Counted from the stretch's first letter, positions 8,504 through 20,255 are shown. The stretch: DNA of 64,000 nucleotides from Candidatus Cloacimonadales bacterium (GCA_963677495.2 CAXXOU010000004.1:736001-800000); one strand, 5' to 3'. Notes: a model not told the origin generated them from the sequence alone. A program made the numbers and translations.

Positions 8504-10722
8504 TTAACTCCCGTATAAAATCTCTAATAATATTTACAACAGGAATAGGAATATTTTGGATAGTTAGCCTATTCCTTATTCAAGTTATAGATGTAAATAA
8601 ATTCAAGGACAGAGCTTCCAGACAATATGTTCCAGGACGCGAGGTGATTCTTCCCCAACGAGGTTCAATTTATGACAGGAATGGTGAGCTCCTCGTTAGT
8701 ACTCAAAAGTGCTACTCTCTTGAAATTGATCGAGTTGCTATTAATGAGTATGCTAAATATTATTCAACTAAAACAAAACAAATCCATGCTAAAGATATTA
8801 AAGACAATGTAGCGACGGTTGTTTCAAGATATACAGATATACCATACTCAAAGGTAATGAGCAAGCTTAACTTAAAGGGTAAGCGTAGAACAGTTTTAAT
8901 AAGTGATAAGATATCTGAACTTGCAATCAAGAGTATTAAAGAAGACTTCAGAAAAGAGAGATATAGATTCCATGTTGTAACTTTCAACTCGTTCCGAAGA
9001 GTCTATCAGAAAGGTGCACTAGCTGCACGATTAATTGGAGCGGTTACCAGTGATATTGACAAGGACTTAAAAATACGTAATCCTGAGAAGACACTCTATG
9101 AACTGAAAGGTATCTGTGGGGTTGAGAAGAGCTTTAACGAAGTACTGAGTGGAGAGCATGGCTGGAAAGATGTTATGTATGAAGCTAACTCTAAGTCTCC
9201 AATAGATTATGAAGGTCTTAAAACACATCCTGCAATTGATGGAAAAGATGTCTATCTTACAATAGATTCCGATATTCAAGAGATTGTTAAAAATGTGCTG
9301 GAAGCAGGACTAAAAAAAACGAGTGCTAAGAATGCTGTTGGTATTGTTATGAGTACGGAAACAGGTGAAATCTATGCGATGAGTAGTGTTAATAATGATG
9401 ACAAGTCAAGAGACATTAAGAAGTTGAGAACACTACCAAACTTATGTGTTAGCTTCCTATATGAGCCGGGATCAACTTTAAAAGCTATCACTGCAGCAGC
9501 AGCACTTCATTACAATACAATATCTATAGATGATACTGTAAATTGTAGATCCAGGACAGAATATTTTGGTAAGGGACGTAGGAAGAAGAAGAGGATTATA
9601 GATGATGATGATCATGATTATCATGATTTATCGCTTAGAGATATTATTGCAAAATCATCTAATCCGGGAATATCAAGAGTTTCAGATAGAATCGATGACA
9701 TAAAACTGTACAATATGTTTAGAGATTTTGGCTTTGGACGTAAGACAGGTACTGATTTTAATGAAGAAGCTAAAGGTTTAATGAGACCTATAGATAAATG
9801 GACAAGTTATTCAAAGCATTCTCTATCATTTGGTCATGAGATTAGTGTTACTCCACTTCAAGTAGCAGCTTCCTATGTCACAATAGCTAATAACGGTAAG
9901 CCATTAAAACCTTATGTACTTTTAGGCACAAAAGATGAGAATGGAAACATGGATTATTCTAAACCCAGAGAAGGTGATAGAATTCTCAAGAAAAGTGCTG
10001 TTAGAGATGTTCAATCAGCTCTTGAAGCTGTGGTGGAATATGGTACAGGTTCAAGATTAAATCTTGAATACTTGAATCTTGCAGGAAAGACCGGTACAGC
10101 TGAAAAGCTTGATCCTGTGACGAAGAGGTACACTAATAAATACTTTGCATCTTTTAGTGGATATTTCCCAACTGATAAGCCAAAATTCGTTGTATTTGTA
10201 ATGTACGATGAAGCCTCTTACTATTATAGGACAGGTTCTTTATCAGCAGGAGTATCAGTAAACAAGATTGCTAGAGGAATACTGTCATTACCTCGTTATC
10301 GATTAGCAGAAAAAGAGGTAATTAATGATATCGTTCTAAGAAAAGTACCTGATGTAAAAGGCATGGATCTTACTCAGGCCAAAGAGATATTAACTGACAG
10401 AAGAATACAGTTTGACATAAAGAAAAAAGATGACAATGGGATTGTTCTGGAGCAGATACCTGAAGAGGGTGTTGAGATTGGCCCCGGTCACAAAGTGATA
10501 CTAGTTGTCGGGGAAAGGTCAATCTCAAGTGAAAACCTTGAAAATGAAGAAACAAAAGTTATGCCTGATTTGGTTGGAAAAACAGTTCGAAGTGCTATGC
10601 AATTAGCACAGTCTCATGGGTTTGTTTTGAAAATTATGGGAACCGGGATTATTAAATCTCAATCTATAAAAGTTGGAAGAGAGTTAAAAGCAGGAATGGT
10701 ATGCAAAGTAAGTTTACGATAA
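8500..10722 (+). CDS. ftsI: Class B penicillin-binding protein with two PASTA domains
   Basis: RGSIYDRNG, EPGSTLK (SxxK), SSN, GKTGT, and C-terminal VPDVKG/MPDLVG PASTA repeats. Confidence 0.93.
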   Translation: MINSRIKSLIIFTTGIGIFWIVSLFLIQVIDVNKFKDRASRQYVPGREVILPQRGSIYDRNGELLVSTQKCYSLEIDRVAINEYAKYYSTKTKQIHAKDIKDNVATVVSRYTDIPYSKVMSKLNLKGKRRTVLISDKISELAIKSIKEDFRKERYRFHVVTFNSFRRVYQKGALAARLIGAVTSDIDKDLKIRNPEKTLYELKGICGVEKSFNEVLSGEHGWKDVMYEANSKSPIDYEGLKTHPAIDGKDVYLTIDSDIQEIVKNVLEAGLKKTSAKNAVGIVMSTETGEIYAMSSVNNDDKSRDIKKLRTLPNLCVSFLYEPGSTLKAITAAAALHYNTISIDDTVNCRSRTEYFGKGRRKKKRIIDDDDHDYHDLSLRDIIAKSSNPGISRVSDRIDDIKLYNMFRDFGFGRKTGTDFNEEAKGLMRPIDKWTSYSKHSLSFGHEISVTPLQVAASYVTIANNGKPLKPYVLLGTKDENGNMDYSKPREGDRILKKSAVRDVQSALEAVVEYGTGSRLNLEYLNLAGKTGTAEKLDPVTKRYTNKYFASFSGYFPTDKPKFVVFVMYDEASYYYRTGSLSAGVSVNKIARGILSLPRYRLAEKEVINDIVLRKVPDVKGMDLTQAKEILTDRRIQFDIKKKDDNGIVLEQIPEEGVEIGPGHKVILVVGERSISSENLENEETKVMPDLVGKTVRSAMQLAQSHGFVLKIMGTGIIKSQSIKVGRELKAGMVCKVSLR

Positions 10723-13475
10723 GTGATATAATAAAGATTTTAAAGAAAAATGGCCTCTATCAATCAAAGAGTTATGTAAATTCAGAGGTACCTATTAATG
10801 GAACAGTCCATACTGATTCTAGAAAGATTCAAAATGGCGATGTGTTTGTTGCAATCAAGGGATTTGTTTCAGATGGACACCAATTTATCCGAGATGCTGC
10901 AGATGCAGGTGCTGTGCTAATTATTTCGGAAGCTATGGTGACAACTCACCTTCCTCAGATTAAAGTTGTTGATAGTAGAAAAGCAACTGCTGTTATAATA
11001 AATGAGTTAACCGGTAACCCAACTTCTAAACTGAAACTTATCGGTATCACAGGTACAAATGGGAAGACAACGACATCATTTATTATAAGCAATTTGTTTA
11101 AACAATTCGGTGTAAAATATGGAGTTATTGGAACTCTTGGTTATTATATCGAAGATGAGTTCTTTCCCACAAAACTGACAACACCTGATATTCTGGATTT
11201 AAACAGGATTTTCCTCAAGATGCTTGAAAGGGGAGTTGAGATTGTTGTGATGGAAGTTTCAGCGCATGCTATCTCACTTAGAAGGATTGATGGTCTTAAG
11301 TTTGATCTGGCATGTTTCACAAACCTATCAAGAGATCATCTCGATTTCTATAAATCAATGAATGAGTATTATCAAACAAAGAAGGGATTCATTCAAGATG
11401 TTGCTGAACAAGGTGGTCGAGTTCTTATTAATTATGAGGATGAATGGAGTAAGAAGCTTTTTAAATCGATTAAAGGCAAAAAATTCTCGATTGGTGCAGA
11501 ACAAGCCGACTATACATTGAAAGAGATTTCTGTTACTAAAAAAATGAGTGAATTTAGTTGTGCTATCGGTGGAGATGTTTGTAGATTTAAAACTAACTTA
11601 CCCGGTAAGTACAATATTCGCAATGCAGTTATGGCTATAGTCTCAATGCATTTATTATATCCTGATTTAAAATGTGAACAATTGGACTTATCAAAAATGG
11701 ATTTCGTACCGGGTCGCTTAGAGAGGATAACTAATTGCAGTGGTGTGACAATTTTCAATGATTATGCACACACACCTGATGCTATTGAGAAAGTATTAGA
11801 AAGCATTAATGAGTTTGCTGATGGCAGGATTATTACTATTTGTGGAGCCGGTGGTGATAGAGACAAGGGGAAAAGACCTGAAATGTTCAGGAAAGCATTG
11901 AAAGGTTCTGATTTAGTTATCGTTACAAATGATAATCCCCGTTTCGAGAAACCGAACGATATAATCAATGATATGGTTGGTGAAGCAAGAGTTGAGGATA
12001 ACTACTTAATTATTAGAGATAGAAAGGTTGCAATAGAAACAGCTATTAAACTGGCTCATGCAAATGATATTGTCTTGATTGCCGGAAAAGGTCATGAAGA
12101 GTATCAAGAAATAGAAGGTATTAGGCATCCATTTAGTGATAAAGAAGTTGCACTAAATTACAGAGAGCGAGTATCAAGGACAGGTAAGTTAAGTGTATAT
12201 CTTGATTTAGTCTGGGTACAAAAGATTCTTGGGATTGAGTTTAGTGATGATACTGAGTATATCTTTAAGTATGTTTCAACAGATTCCAGGTCTATTAGAC
12301 GAAACTCTTTGTTTATTGCCTTGAAAGGTGAAAGATTTGATGGTCATACATACCTTGAAGAAGTATTAGCAGAACCAACAAACTGGGCAATTGTATCAAG
12401 AAGGATTAATCATCCTCGATGTATATATGTACAAGATACGTTACGAGCATATGGGGAACTGGCTAAGAATTATCTTAAGTTGTTTAATTTAAAGACAATT
12501 GGCATTACCGGAAGTGCCGGAAAAACTACAACGAAAGAGATATTATACAATATCCTTGAAGTTAAGTATAAAACTCATAAGACATTTGCCAATGAGAATA
12601 ACCTGATTGGTTTACCTAAAACTATTTTTAAACTCAGTAATAAAGATGAAGCTGCTATTTTCGAGTTGGGAAGTAACCATCCAGGAGAGATAAAGCGTTT
12701 AGCTGAAATTTGTGAACCCCAGATAGGGATTATTACTCATATTGGACCGTCACATCTTGAATTCTTCCATGACCTAGATGGTGTTTATAAAGAGAAAGTC
12801 TCATTGTTTGAGCATGTTCAAGATTTTAAATTATATAATAATGATAGTGGATACTTTAAAGAGATTAGAAACAGTATTTCGATAGGGTTTGAGGATCGCA
12901 ATGATTTAGCAATCAAAGATATTACATCACATCAGAATGGATTGAAATTCATGCTGAATGAAGATACTTACTTCGTTAATACACAAGTTCCTTACCTAAC
13001 TTTGAACGCTGCTTTAGCATTAAAAACAGCTGAACTATTGGGACTACAAAATACTGAGATTAATATAGGTCTAAAGAAAGCTATAGAAATAGAGAACAGA
13101 ATGGAGATTCAAGAAAAAGGCAATCGAATTATCATAAAAGATTGTTATAATGCTAATCCTATTTCGATGAAAGCAGCTATTAGTTTTTGGCAAAATCTCA
13201 ATCCTTCTACACCGCATATTGCCTTTTTAGGGGATATGTTGGAATTAGGTAATAAATCTGAGGAGTATCATAAGGATCTGTTGAACTATATAAATCAAAA
13301 AGACTTTGTTGTTTCTATTGGCTATTATTCAAGGGTTCTAGGATGCAACAACCACTATGATAATATTGAAAATTTGTTAAGAGATTTTAGTTTTGATAAT
13401 TTACCTGATAAGTGTGTTATCCTTTTAAAAGCTTCTAACAGCGTACGTTTATACAAAATAATGGAGCGTTTATAA
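10701..13475 (+). CDS. murE: Bifunctional MurE-MurF fusion ligase
   Basis: N-half GITGTNGKTT, DYAHTPD, DNPR (meso-DAP type). C-half STDSR, GITGSAGKTTTKE, DCYNANP, LKAS. Confidence 0.92.
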   Translation: MQSKFTISDIIKILKKNGLYQSKSYVNSEVPINGTVHTDSRKIQNGDVFVAIKGFVSDGHQFIRDAADAGAVLIISEAMVTTHLPQIKVVDSRKATAVIINELTGNPTSKLKLIGITGTNGKTTTSFIISNLFKQFGVKYGVIGTLGYYIEDEFFPTKLTTPDILDLNRIFLKMLERGVEIVVMEVSAHAISLRRIDGLKFDLACFTNLSRDHLDFYKSMNEYYQTKKGFIQDVAEQGGRVLINYEDEWSKKLFKSIKGKKFSIGAEQADYTLKEISVTKKMSEFSCAIGGDVCRFKTNLPGKYNIRNAVMAIVSMHLLYPDLKCEQLDLSKMDFVPGRLERITNCSGVTIFNDYAHTPDAIEKVLESINEFADGRIITICGAGGDRDKGKRPEMFRKALKGSDLVIVTNDNPRFEKPNDIINDMVGEARVEDNYLIIRDRKVAIETAIKLAHANDIVLIAGKGHEEYQEIEGIRHPFSDKEVALNYRERVSRTGKLSVYLDLVWVQKILGIEFSDDTEYIFKYVSTDSRSIRRNSLFIALKGERFDGHTYLEEVLAEPTNWAIVSRRINHPRCIYVQDTLRAYGELAKNYLKLFNLKTIGITGSAGKTTTKEILYNILEVKYKTHKTFANENNLIGLPKTIFKLSNKDEAAIFELGSNHPGEIKRLAEICEPQIGIITHIGPSHLEFFHDLDGVYKEKVSLFEHVQDFKLYNNDSGYFKEIRNSISIGFEDRNDLAIKDITSHQNGLKFMLNEDTYFVNTQVPYLTLNAALALKTAELLGLQNTEINIGLKKAIEIENRMEIQEKGNRIIIKDCYNANPISMKAAISFWQNLNPSTPHIAFLGDMLELGNKSEEYHKDLLNYINQKDFVVSIGYYSRVLGCNNHYDNIENLLRDFSFDNLPDKCVILLKASNSVRLYKIMERL

Positions 13476-14577
13476 TGCTATATTTACTTCTAGCCCCACT
13501 GCAAGATTACCATATCTTTTTTAATGTGTTTAGATATGTAACTTTCCGTTCGATAATGGCATTTATTACAGCTTTAGTTTTCTCTCTGTTTATAGGAAAA
13601 AGACTAATCAATCTACTTAGAAATAAGAAAGCTGTTGAAGAGATTGATGAAGATATGCCTGAAACACACAGATCAAAAAAAGGTACCCCTACAATGGGAG
13701 GACTAATTATTTTGCTGGGATTGCTGATCTCATCAATACTCTGGAATGATATTAGTAATACTTTTATTTTATTGATGTATCTGACTACAATTTGGTTGGG
13801 ATTTTTTGGGTTCTTAGATGACTATTTAAAGAACTTTGTTAAAGCTAAGAAGGGATTAATCCCTAAATATAAGTTGTTAGGACAGGTTTCAATAGCTCTT
13901 TTGGTTTCAATTGCCATTTTTGTTTTATACAAAGATGATCCCAATGTAACAATGATTCAGATTCCGTTCCTTAAAAATACTTCAATAACTTTAGGATTAC
14001 TCTTTATACCTTTTGTTGTATTTATGATAACAGGTACTTCTAATGCTGTTAATCTTACAGATGGATTAGATGGACTTGCGGCTGGAGTAATCTCATTTTC
14101 AGTGATTGGACTTGGTATAATGGCTTATATTAAAGGTAACTTTGTTATGTCTGAGTATTTGCATATGGAGTTTATTGCTGAAGCTGGTGAATTATCAGTC
14201 TTCACATCTGCATTATTGGGTACATTAATAGGATTCTTATGGTATAATACCCATCCTGCAGAAATATTCATGGGTGATACTGGATCATTAGCGCTAGGTG
14301 GAATACTAGCTCAAATGTCAATTTTGCTCCGGGAGCAGATATTCTTTGCTATTATTGGTCTTATTTTTATCTCAGAAACACTTTCAGTTATCATGCAGAG
14401 AAGATATTTTAGATATACAAAGAAAAAGTTTGGTGAGGGTAAGCGAATTTTTTTATGTGCTCCTATACACCACCATTTTGAAAGCAAGGTATTAAAGAAA
14501 CAAAGATTGTTGTTAGATTCTGGATTGTTTCAATTCTACTTTTAGCATTAGGTCTTGCAACAATCAAGCTTCGATAG
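13475..14577 (+). CDS. mraY: Phospho-N-acetylmuramoyl-pentapeptide transferase, with a 1-nt frameshift near 14482
   Basis: [33 protein letters not shown]. The conserved tail [15 protein letters not shown]...ATIKLR* continues in another frame to TAG 14575-14577. Confidence 0.93.
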
Positions 14578-14586
14578 GAAAATAAA

Positions 14587-15900
14587 ATGATAGATATTAA
14601 GCTTAAATACGGAATTCTTGGATTTGCCCGAAGTGGGCTTGCTGTTGCTGATAAACTAAAGAACGCAAATGCTGATTATATTATTTCAGACAGCAAAGAA
14701 ATTACCTTTTTTGATAAAGATTTAACAACAAAATATAATTGTGAATTTGGTGGACATAGCAATAGACTGTTAGAAAGTGATGTATTAATTGTTAGCCCGG
14801 GTGTACCCTATAGAGCACCTATAATTAAGAAGGCTCAAGAGATAGGCATAGATGTAATATCGGAGATTGAGTTTGCTTATAGAATAAAACATCCCAACTC
14901 TAAACTTATTGCCATTACAGGCTCAAATGGTAAAAGTACAACTGTAAGTCTAATCCATCATATACTAATCCAAAGAGGATATAACTCAATTCTAGCAGGG
15001 AATATTGGAACTGCTTTCTCAGGATGTGATATTGAAAATCCAGATGTGGATTTCATTGTATTAGAAGTAAGTAGTTTTCAGCTTGAACTAATAAAGGACT
15101 TTAAACCTGACGTAGCAGCAGTTTTAAATGTTACCCCTGATCATCTTAATCGCTATGATAGTTTTGAACATTATGGACTTACAAAACTCAAGATCTTTGA
15201 TAATCTTGATGCAAACTCACTAGCAATCGCAAACTATGATGATGATTTTACACAATCGAATATTGATAGAGTGGGTGAAAATTTTCTTCAATTTTCATTA
15301 AAAAACCCAACTGATTGCTTCATAGATAAGGAATGCATTGTTTATAAAGATAGTTTTATTGATCTAGATACTCTACCGATAAAAGGTCCACATAATGTTG
15401 CCAATATGATGTCTGCAGTTTTATGCCTTAGTCCATACTTTAATCTTCAGGAGATTGCAGAAGCTGCAAAAGGATTTAACGCATTAAACCATAGATTAGA
15501 ACCGGTTAGAGAACTTGATGGTGTATTATTCGTTAATGATTCAAAAGCTACAAATACAGATTCAGTAAAATATGCTCTTCAATCATATAGTAATCCTATT
15601 AGGGTTATTCTAGGTGGATCAGACAAAGGTGAAGATTTCACAGTACTGATACCATATTTGATGAAGCATGTTGTCCAAATATTACTTATTGGTGAAACAA
15701 CTGAAAACATGATTGTTTCTTATAAAGATTTAGATAATGTTATGACTTGTAAAACTCTCGAAGAAGCTGTACTTGCAGCATATCAGTCTGCACAAAGTGG
15801 AGATGTTATTCTTTTATCACCTGCTTGTGCAAGTTACGATATGTTTAATAATTTTGAACATCGAGGGAATACTTTTAAAGAGATTGTTAGAGGATTGTAA
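14587..15900 (+). CDS. murD: UDP-MurNAc-L-Ala:D-Glu ligase
   Basis: SPGVP, AITGSNGKST, LEVSSFQL, NDSKATN, SPACASYDMF. Confidence 0.96.
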   Translation: MIDIKLKYGILGFARSGLAVADKLKNANADYIISDSKEITFFDKDLTTKYNCEFGGHSNRLLESDVLIVSPGVPYRAPIIKKAQEIGIDVISEIEFAYRIKHPNSKLIAITGSNGKSTTVSLIHHILIQRGYNSILAGNIGTAFSGCDIENPDVDFIVLEVSSFQLELIKDFKPDVAAVLNVTPDHLNRYDSFEHYGLTKLKIFDNLDANSLAIANYDDDFTQSNIDRVGENFLQFSLKNPTDCFIDKECIVYKDSFIDLDTLPIKGPHNVANMMSAVLCLSPYFNLQEIAEAAKGFNALNHRLEPVRELDGVLFVNDSKATNTDSVKYALQSYSNPIRVILGGSDKGEDFTVLIPYLMKHVVQILLIGETTENMIVSYKDLDNVMTCKTLEEAVLAAYQSAQSGDVILLSPACASYDMFNNFEHRGNTFKEIVRGL

Positions 15901-17072
15901 TGAAAACAGTATCATTGAACTATTTCAGTAACCAAAAGATTTTCTTACTTTGTATAGCTATCCTAGTTCTATTTGGGTTCTGGATTCAGATCGATTACTA
16001 CTCAACTAAGGACTCCTTTATTAACTTTTTTATGAAGTACTTTATATTTTGGGGAGTAGGACTTTCAGTGATACTCGTACTGATATCAAAAGTAAATCTA
16101 CTTAAGAATGTTAGAAATGGGATCATTATTTTTAACGCAATCTCAATAGGTTTACTGATTCTAGTGTTACTATTTGGTATTAGAGCACATGGAGCTAGAC
16201 GATTTTTAAACTTAGGTAGGTTTACGTTTCAACCCAGTACCTTGGCACGAATGTCCATGATTTTCAGTTTTGCTTATGGTTTATCTAGAATCAAAGAAAG
16301 CATTCAAGAAAAGAACTTAGTGGCTTTTATAACCCTGTTATTCCCATCTTTACTTATACTGGTACCTCAATATGGCCTTATAGCATTAGGTAAGCATATG
16401 AGTACTTTAGCGATAAGTCTCACTACTATGGTAGCTATGATGTGGATGGCAGGAGTAAGAAGACGTTTTATTGGGGGGATATTAGGTGTAGGTATTATTG
16501 CTTTCATTTTGATGATTACTTTTGGAGGAAAATTTGGCAGTGAATTCAGAAAAACACGTGTGAATATTTTCCGAAAATATGCATGGTTCATGCCGGGAGG
16601 GGATAGTATACATATCCCAGGGGGCAGAGATCATCAAGCACGAGAAAGCTTAATTGCACTTACTGCAGGTGGCTTAATTGGTGTTGGATCTAACAAAGGA
16701 TTAGCTAAGTATAACTACATATCGGATGTTAATACTGATTATGCTTTTACAATGATAGCTGAGCAAAGAGGTTTTATCGCAGGATTTTTGGTTATAGGGA
16801 TATATGTTGTTTTATTACTTGTTGTTGCTAGAGAGATGATGAAGATTAAAAGCATGTATCTTAAGCTACTGGGTATGGGATTGGCATTCAATATTTTTAT
16901 GAATGCTATTATACATACTGGAGTTATCCAATCGATTGTAATTCCAACAGGACAGACTTTACCTTTTGTTAGTTGGGGAGGTACTTCCTTTGTTGTGGAC
17001 TTAGCGTCGGCAGCAATAATTTATAACATTATGATTCATAAAGGGAAGTTGTATGAAAAGAGTAGTTATTAG
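15900..17072 (+). CDS. ftsW: SEDS family peptidoglycan polymerase
   Basis: Multi-pass membrane protein with GARRF, FQPS, TDYAF, PTGQTLPFVSWGGTS. Confidence 0.9.
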   Translation: MKTVSLNYFSNQKIFLLCIAILVLFGFWIQIDYYSTKDSFINFFMKYFIFWGVGLSVILVLISKVNLLKNVRNGIIIFNAISIGLLILVLLFGIRAHGARRFLNLGRFTFQPSTLARMSMIFSFAYGLSRIKESIQEKNLVAFITLLFPSLLILVPQYGLIALGKHMSTLAISLTTMVAMMWMAGVRRRFIGGILGVGIIAFILMITFGGKFGSEFRKTRVNIFRKYAWFMPGGDSIHIPGGRDHQARESLIALTAGGLIGVGSNKGLAKYNYISDVNTDYAFTMIAEQRGFIAGFLVIGIYVVLLLVVAREMMKIKSMYLKLLGMGLAFNIFMNAIIHTGVIQSIVIPTGQTLPFVSWGGTSFVVDLASAAIIYNIMIHKGKLYEKSSY

Positions 17073-18120
17073 TGCCGGAGGAACTGGTGGACATATTCAA
17101 CCTGCTATCTCAATAGCAAGAGAATTTGTAAACCGGGGATGGGAAGTTCATTACATAGGTAACAAGGAAGGAATGGAAGAGGGACTGGTGAAATCAGCTG
17201 GAATACCATTCTACCCGATTAACGTGCAAAAGTTGTATAGAAAGCTAACTTTCAAGCACGTTAGATTTCCGTTTATGCTACTCAACAGTTACAAGAAGTG
17301 CATCAAATATCTTAAAGATATAAACCCTGATATTTACCTTGGCTGTGGTGGATTTGTTAGTGGTCCTGCCGGGCTTGCTGCAGTAAAGCTTAATATCCCA
17401 ATATATCTTCAAGAACAAAATAGTTATCCTGGTATTACAACTCGATTTCTATCAAAACATGCGAAAATTGTCTTTACCGCTTATGAAGCAGCTGAATCAT
17501 ATCTAAAAGCAGATGATGTAAGAAATGTTGGAAACCCTACAAATATTAGCGAAGATAATCACCAACAGTTGGAATTAACCAAATACAATTTAACTAAAGA
17601 GACAAAGAAACTTTTAGTTCTTGGTGGAAGTCAAGGTTCAGTTGTTATGAATAATCTTATCGAGTCTTGTATTGATGAATTGTTAGAGCAGAATATTGAG
17701 GTTATATGGCAGACAGGGAAGAGGAACTATTTAAATCTTAAGGACAAGTTTAGCAATAAACAAGGTACTTTTATTTTTGCATTCACAAACAAGATGAATG
17801 AGATGTATAATAGTGCCGATATAGTCGTTGCCCGAGCTGGAGCTCTCACTTTAAGCGAATTACAGATCAAAAAGATTCCTTCAATACTTATACCATTACC
17901 TTCTGCAGCTGAAAACCACCAATACTTTAACGCAAAAGAGCTTGCCGATAAAGGAATGGCTAGAATTATTGAACAGAAACATTTAACAAAAAGCAGTTTT
18001 ATCAAAGTTATAGGTGATGTTGTAAGTAGATTGGAGAATATCAAAACATCTTTTCCTGAATTTAATGAACCTGTACAAAGTCTGATAACTGACCAAATAA
18101 ACAAAGATATGGAGAAATAG
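17053..18120 (+). CDS. murG: Lipid II GlcNAc transferase
   Basis: GGTGGHI, EQNSYPG, GGSQG, RAGALT, HQYFNA. Confidence 0.96.
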   Translation: MKRVVISAGGTGGHIQPAISIAREFVNRGWEVHYIGNKEGMEEGLVKSAGIPFYPINVQKLYRKLTFKHVRFPFMLLNSYKKCIKYLKDINPDIYLGCGGFVSGPAGLAAVKLNIPIYLQEQNSYPGITTRFLSKHAKIVFTAYEAAESYLKADDVRNVGNPTNISEDNHQQLELTKYNLTKETKKLLVLGGSQGSVVMNNLIESCIDELLEQNIEVIWQTGKRNYLNLKDKFSNKQGTFIFAFTNKMNEMYNSADIVVARAGALTLSELQIKKIPSILIPLPSAAENHQYFNAKELADKGMARIIEQKHLTKSSFIKVIGDVVSRLENIKTSFPEFNEPVQSLITDQINKDMEK

Positions 18121-19491
18121 ATGCTAGGTCGTACTAAAAGAATACATTTTGTTGGAATTGGTGGAATCGGTATGAGTGGTATTGCTGAGTTTCTGTTTAA
18201 TCAGGGCTTAGAAATAACAGGCTCAGATATGAGGAAGAGTGAGTTAACCGACCATCTTGAGAGTATTGGTATTAATATTGCTGAGGGGCATGATTCTGAT
18301 CTTCTCTATAATGCTGATGTGGTTGTGAAATCATCAGCTGTAACTGATGATAATCCTGAAATTATGAAGGCTTTAAAATCTCATATTCCTGTTATAAGAA
18401 GAGCCGAAATGCTGGCTGAAATCACAAGAATGAGTATCGGAATTGGTTTAGCCGGTACACATGGCAAAACATCTACTACTTCAATGGTTGGTATGATCCT
18501 GAATGATGCCAAGCTTGATCCAACTATTATCGTAGGTGGAAGAGTTAAAAACTTTGGTTCTAACAACATAATTGGCTCAGGGAAATATATTGTTGTCGAA
18601 GCTGATGAGTATGATCACTCTTTTCTTACTTTATCTCCTATCTTTGCAGGTATCACAAATATTGATGCTGACCATCTAGACTGCTATAAAAGTCTTGATG
18701 ATATTAAAGATGCCTTTGTTGAATATGCAAACAAAGTGCCATTTTTTGGATGTGTAGTAGCATGTCTTGATGATAAAGGTGTTCAGTCTATATTACCGAG
18801 AATCAACAAGCGAGTATTGACTTATGGTTTCTCACGACAAGCTGATCTGCAAGCTGTAAATGTGGAATACAAAAATTTCAAATCATCTTTTGATGTGGTT
18901 TTTAAAGGATATAAACTCGGTCGTGTATCAATGCAAGTGACCGGAAAGCACAATATTCAGAATGCACTTAATGCGATTGGTATTGCCTTGGAACTTGATG
19001 TCCCATTCGAGAGTATTCAATCAGGATTAAGTAATTATAAGGGTGTATTTAGAAGGTTCGAGTACAAAGGTGAAGCAAAGCAGGTTATCGTCTATGACGA
19101 TTATGCACATCATCCAACGGAGATTATTGCTACCCTAGAAGCCTTTAGAGAATCAACTGACAAAAGGATAATACTTCTTTTTCAACCACATCTCTTCTCT
19201 AGAACCAGAGATTTCCATGAGGAGTTTGGACGATCATTCTTCTCTTGTGATGTGCTTTTTGTAGCTCCTATATACCCGGCAAGAGAAGCTCCTATACCTG
19301 GGATCTCCGGTCAATTGATAGCTGATTCAGCGATAAAATCAGGGCATCAACATGTTCATTATATAGAAAATAGTGAAAATATTGAAGCTACGGTTTTAAA
19401 ACACCTTAAAGATGGTGATATTCTTTTAACAATGGGTGCCGGACCTATATGGAGAACTGGTGAGAAAATATTAGAGGAACTTGAAAAATAA
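18121..19491 (+). CDS. murC: UDP-MurNAc:L-Ala ligase
   Basis: HFVGIGGIGMSG, GTHGKTST, DDYAHHPTEI, FQPHLFSRT. Confidence 0.97.
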   Translation: MLGRTKRIHFVGIGGIGMSGIAEFLFNQGLEITGSDMRKSELTDHLESIGINIAEGHDSDLLYNADVVVKSSAVTDDNPEIMKALKSHIPVIRRAEMLAEITRMSIGIGLAGTHGKTSTTSMVGMILNDAKLDPTIIVGGRVKNFGSNNIIGSGKYIVVEADEYDHSFLTLSPIFAGITNIDADHLDCYKSLDDIKDAFVEYANKVPFFGCVVACLDDKGVQSILPRINKRVLTYGFSRQADLQAVNVEYKNFKSSFDVVFKGYKLGRVSMQVTGKHNIQNALNAIGIALELDVPFESIQSGLSNYKGVFRRFEYKGEAKQVIVYDDYAHHPTEIIATLEAFRESTDKRIILLFQPHLFSRTRDFHEEFGRSFFSCDVLFVAPIYPAREAPIPGISGQLIADSAIKSGHQHVHYIENSENIEATVLKHLKDGDILLTMGAGPIWRTGEKILEELEK

Positions 19492-20231
19492 TGAAGAAGA
19501 AAGTTAGAGGAAATAGCCGATATGTTACCTACATGGTGACAGGCATTCTCCTATTAATTATCATCTTCAATTTTGGTCGCTCATATTTGAGAAAATGGGA
19601 CAAATGTCTTCTTAAAACAGTTGTAATTAAGAATAATGCTGCTATTTCAGAAGAAAAACTTCAAAGTATTATGAGTACATACATTGGGCAAAATCTCTTT
19701 ACAATAAACAAACGTGAGATTAAAGATAAGATTTTAGAGTTTTATAGAATCAAGGAAGTAAAGATAAGTAGAAGGCTATTTGATAAACTTATAATTACAG
19801 TTTATGAGCATAATGGATATGTAAACGTCCTAACTAAGGATAATAAAATCTTTACGCTTAATTCTGATGTTGTTGTTTTAAATGAGTTTAGCTATAATAA
19901 GAATGATGACTATCCATTAATAAGAACGTCTCTACACTCCCGTAACTGTACTCCCGGTGTTGCTGTTACAGATGCTGCAATTTTAGAAATTATCGAATAT
20001 CATAAAAAATTACTTGAAGTTAAACCAGAGATACAAAACTATATCTCTGAATATTATAAAGAAGGAAACGATATTTGTTTCCGAGAAATAAAGTCAGGAA
20101 AGAAAGTTATTATTGACTTAAGGTACTTAGAAGAAAACATTTCAATGTTTTTCTCAATGCTTGAAAGCTTAAGATATGATGAGTATAGTACCTACATATT
20201 TAAATTTAAAGACAAAACTATAAGAAAATAA
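19491..20231 (+). CDS. ftsQ: Cell division protein FtsQ/DivIB
   Basis: N-terminal TM plus POTRA-like segment, located between murC and ftsZ. Confidence 0.8.
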   Translation: MKKKVRGNSRYVTYMVTGILLLIIIFNFGRSYLRKWDKCLLKTVVIKNNAAISEEKLQSIMSTYIGQNLFTINKREIKDKILEFYRIKEVKISRRLFDKLIITVYEHNGYVNVLTKDNKIFTLNSDVVVLNEFSYNKNDDYPLIRTSLHSRNCTPGVAVTDAAILEIIEYHKKLLEVKPEIQNYISEYYKEGNDICFREIKSGKKVIIDLRYLEENISMFFSMLESLRYDEYSTYIFKFKDKTIRK

Positions 20232-20255
20232 GCATTACCTTATAGAGGAGTAGCC

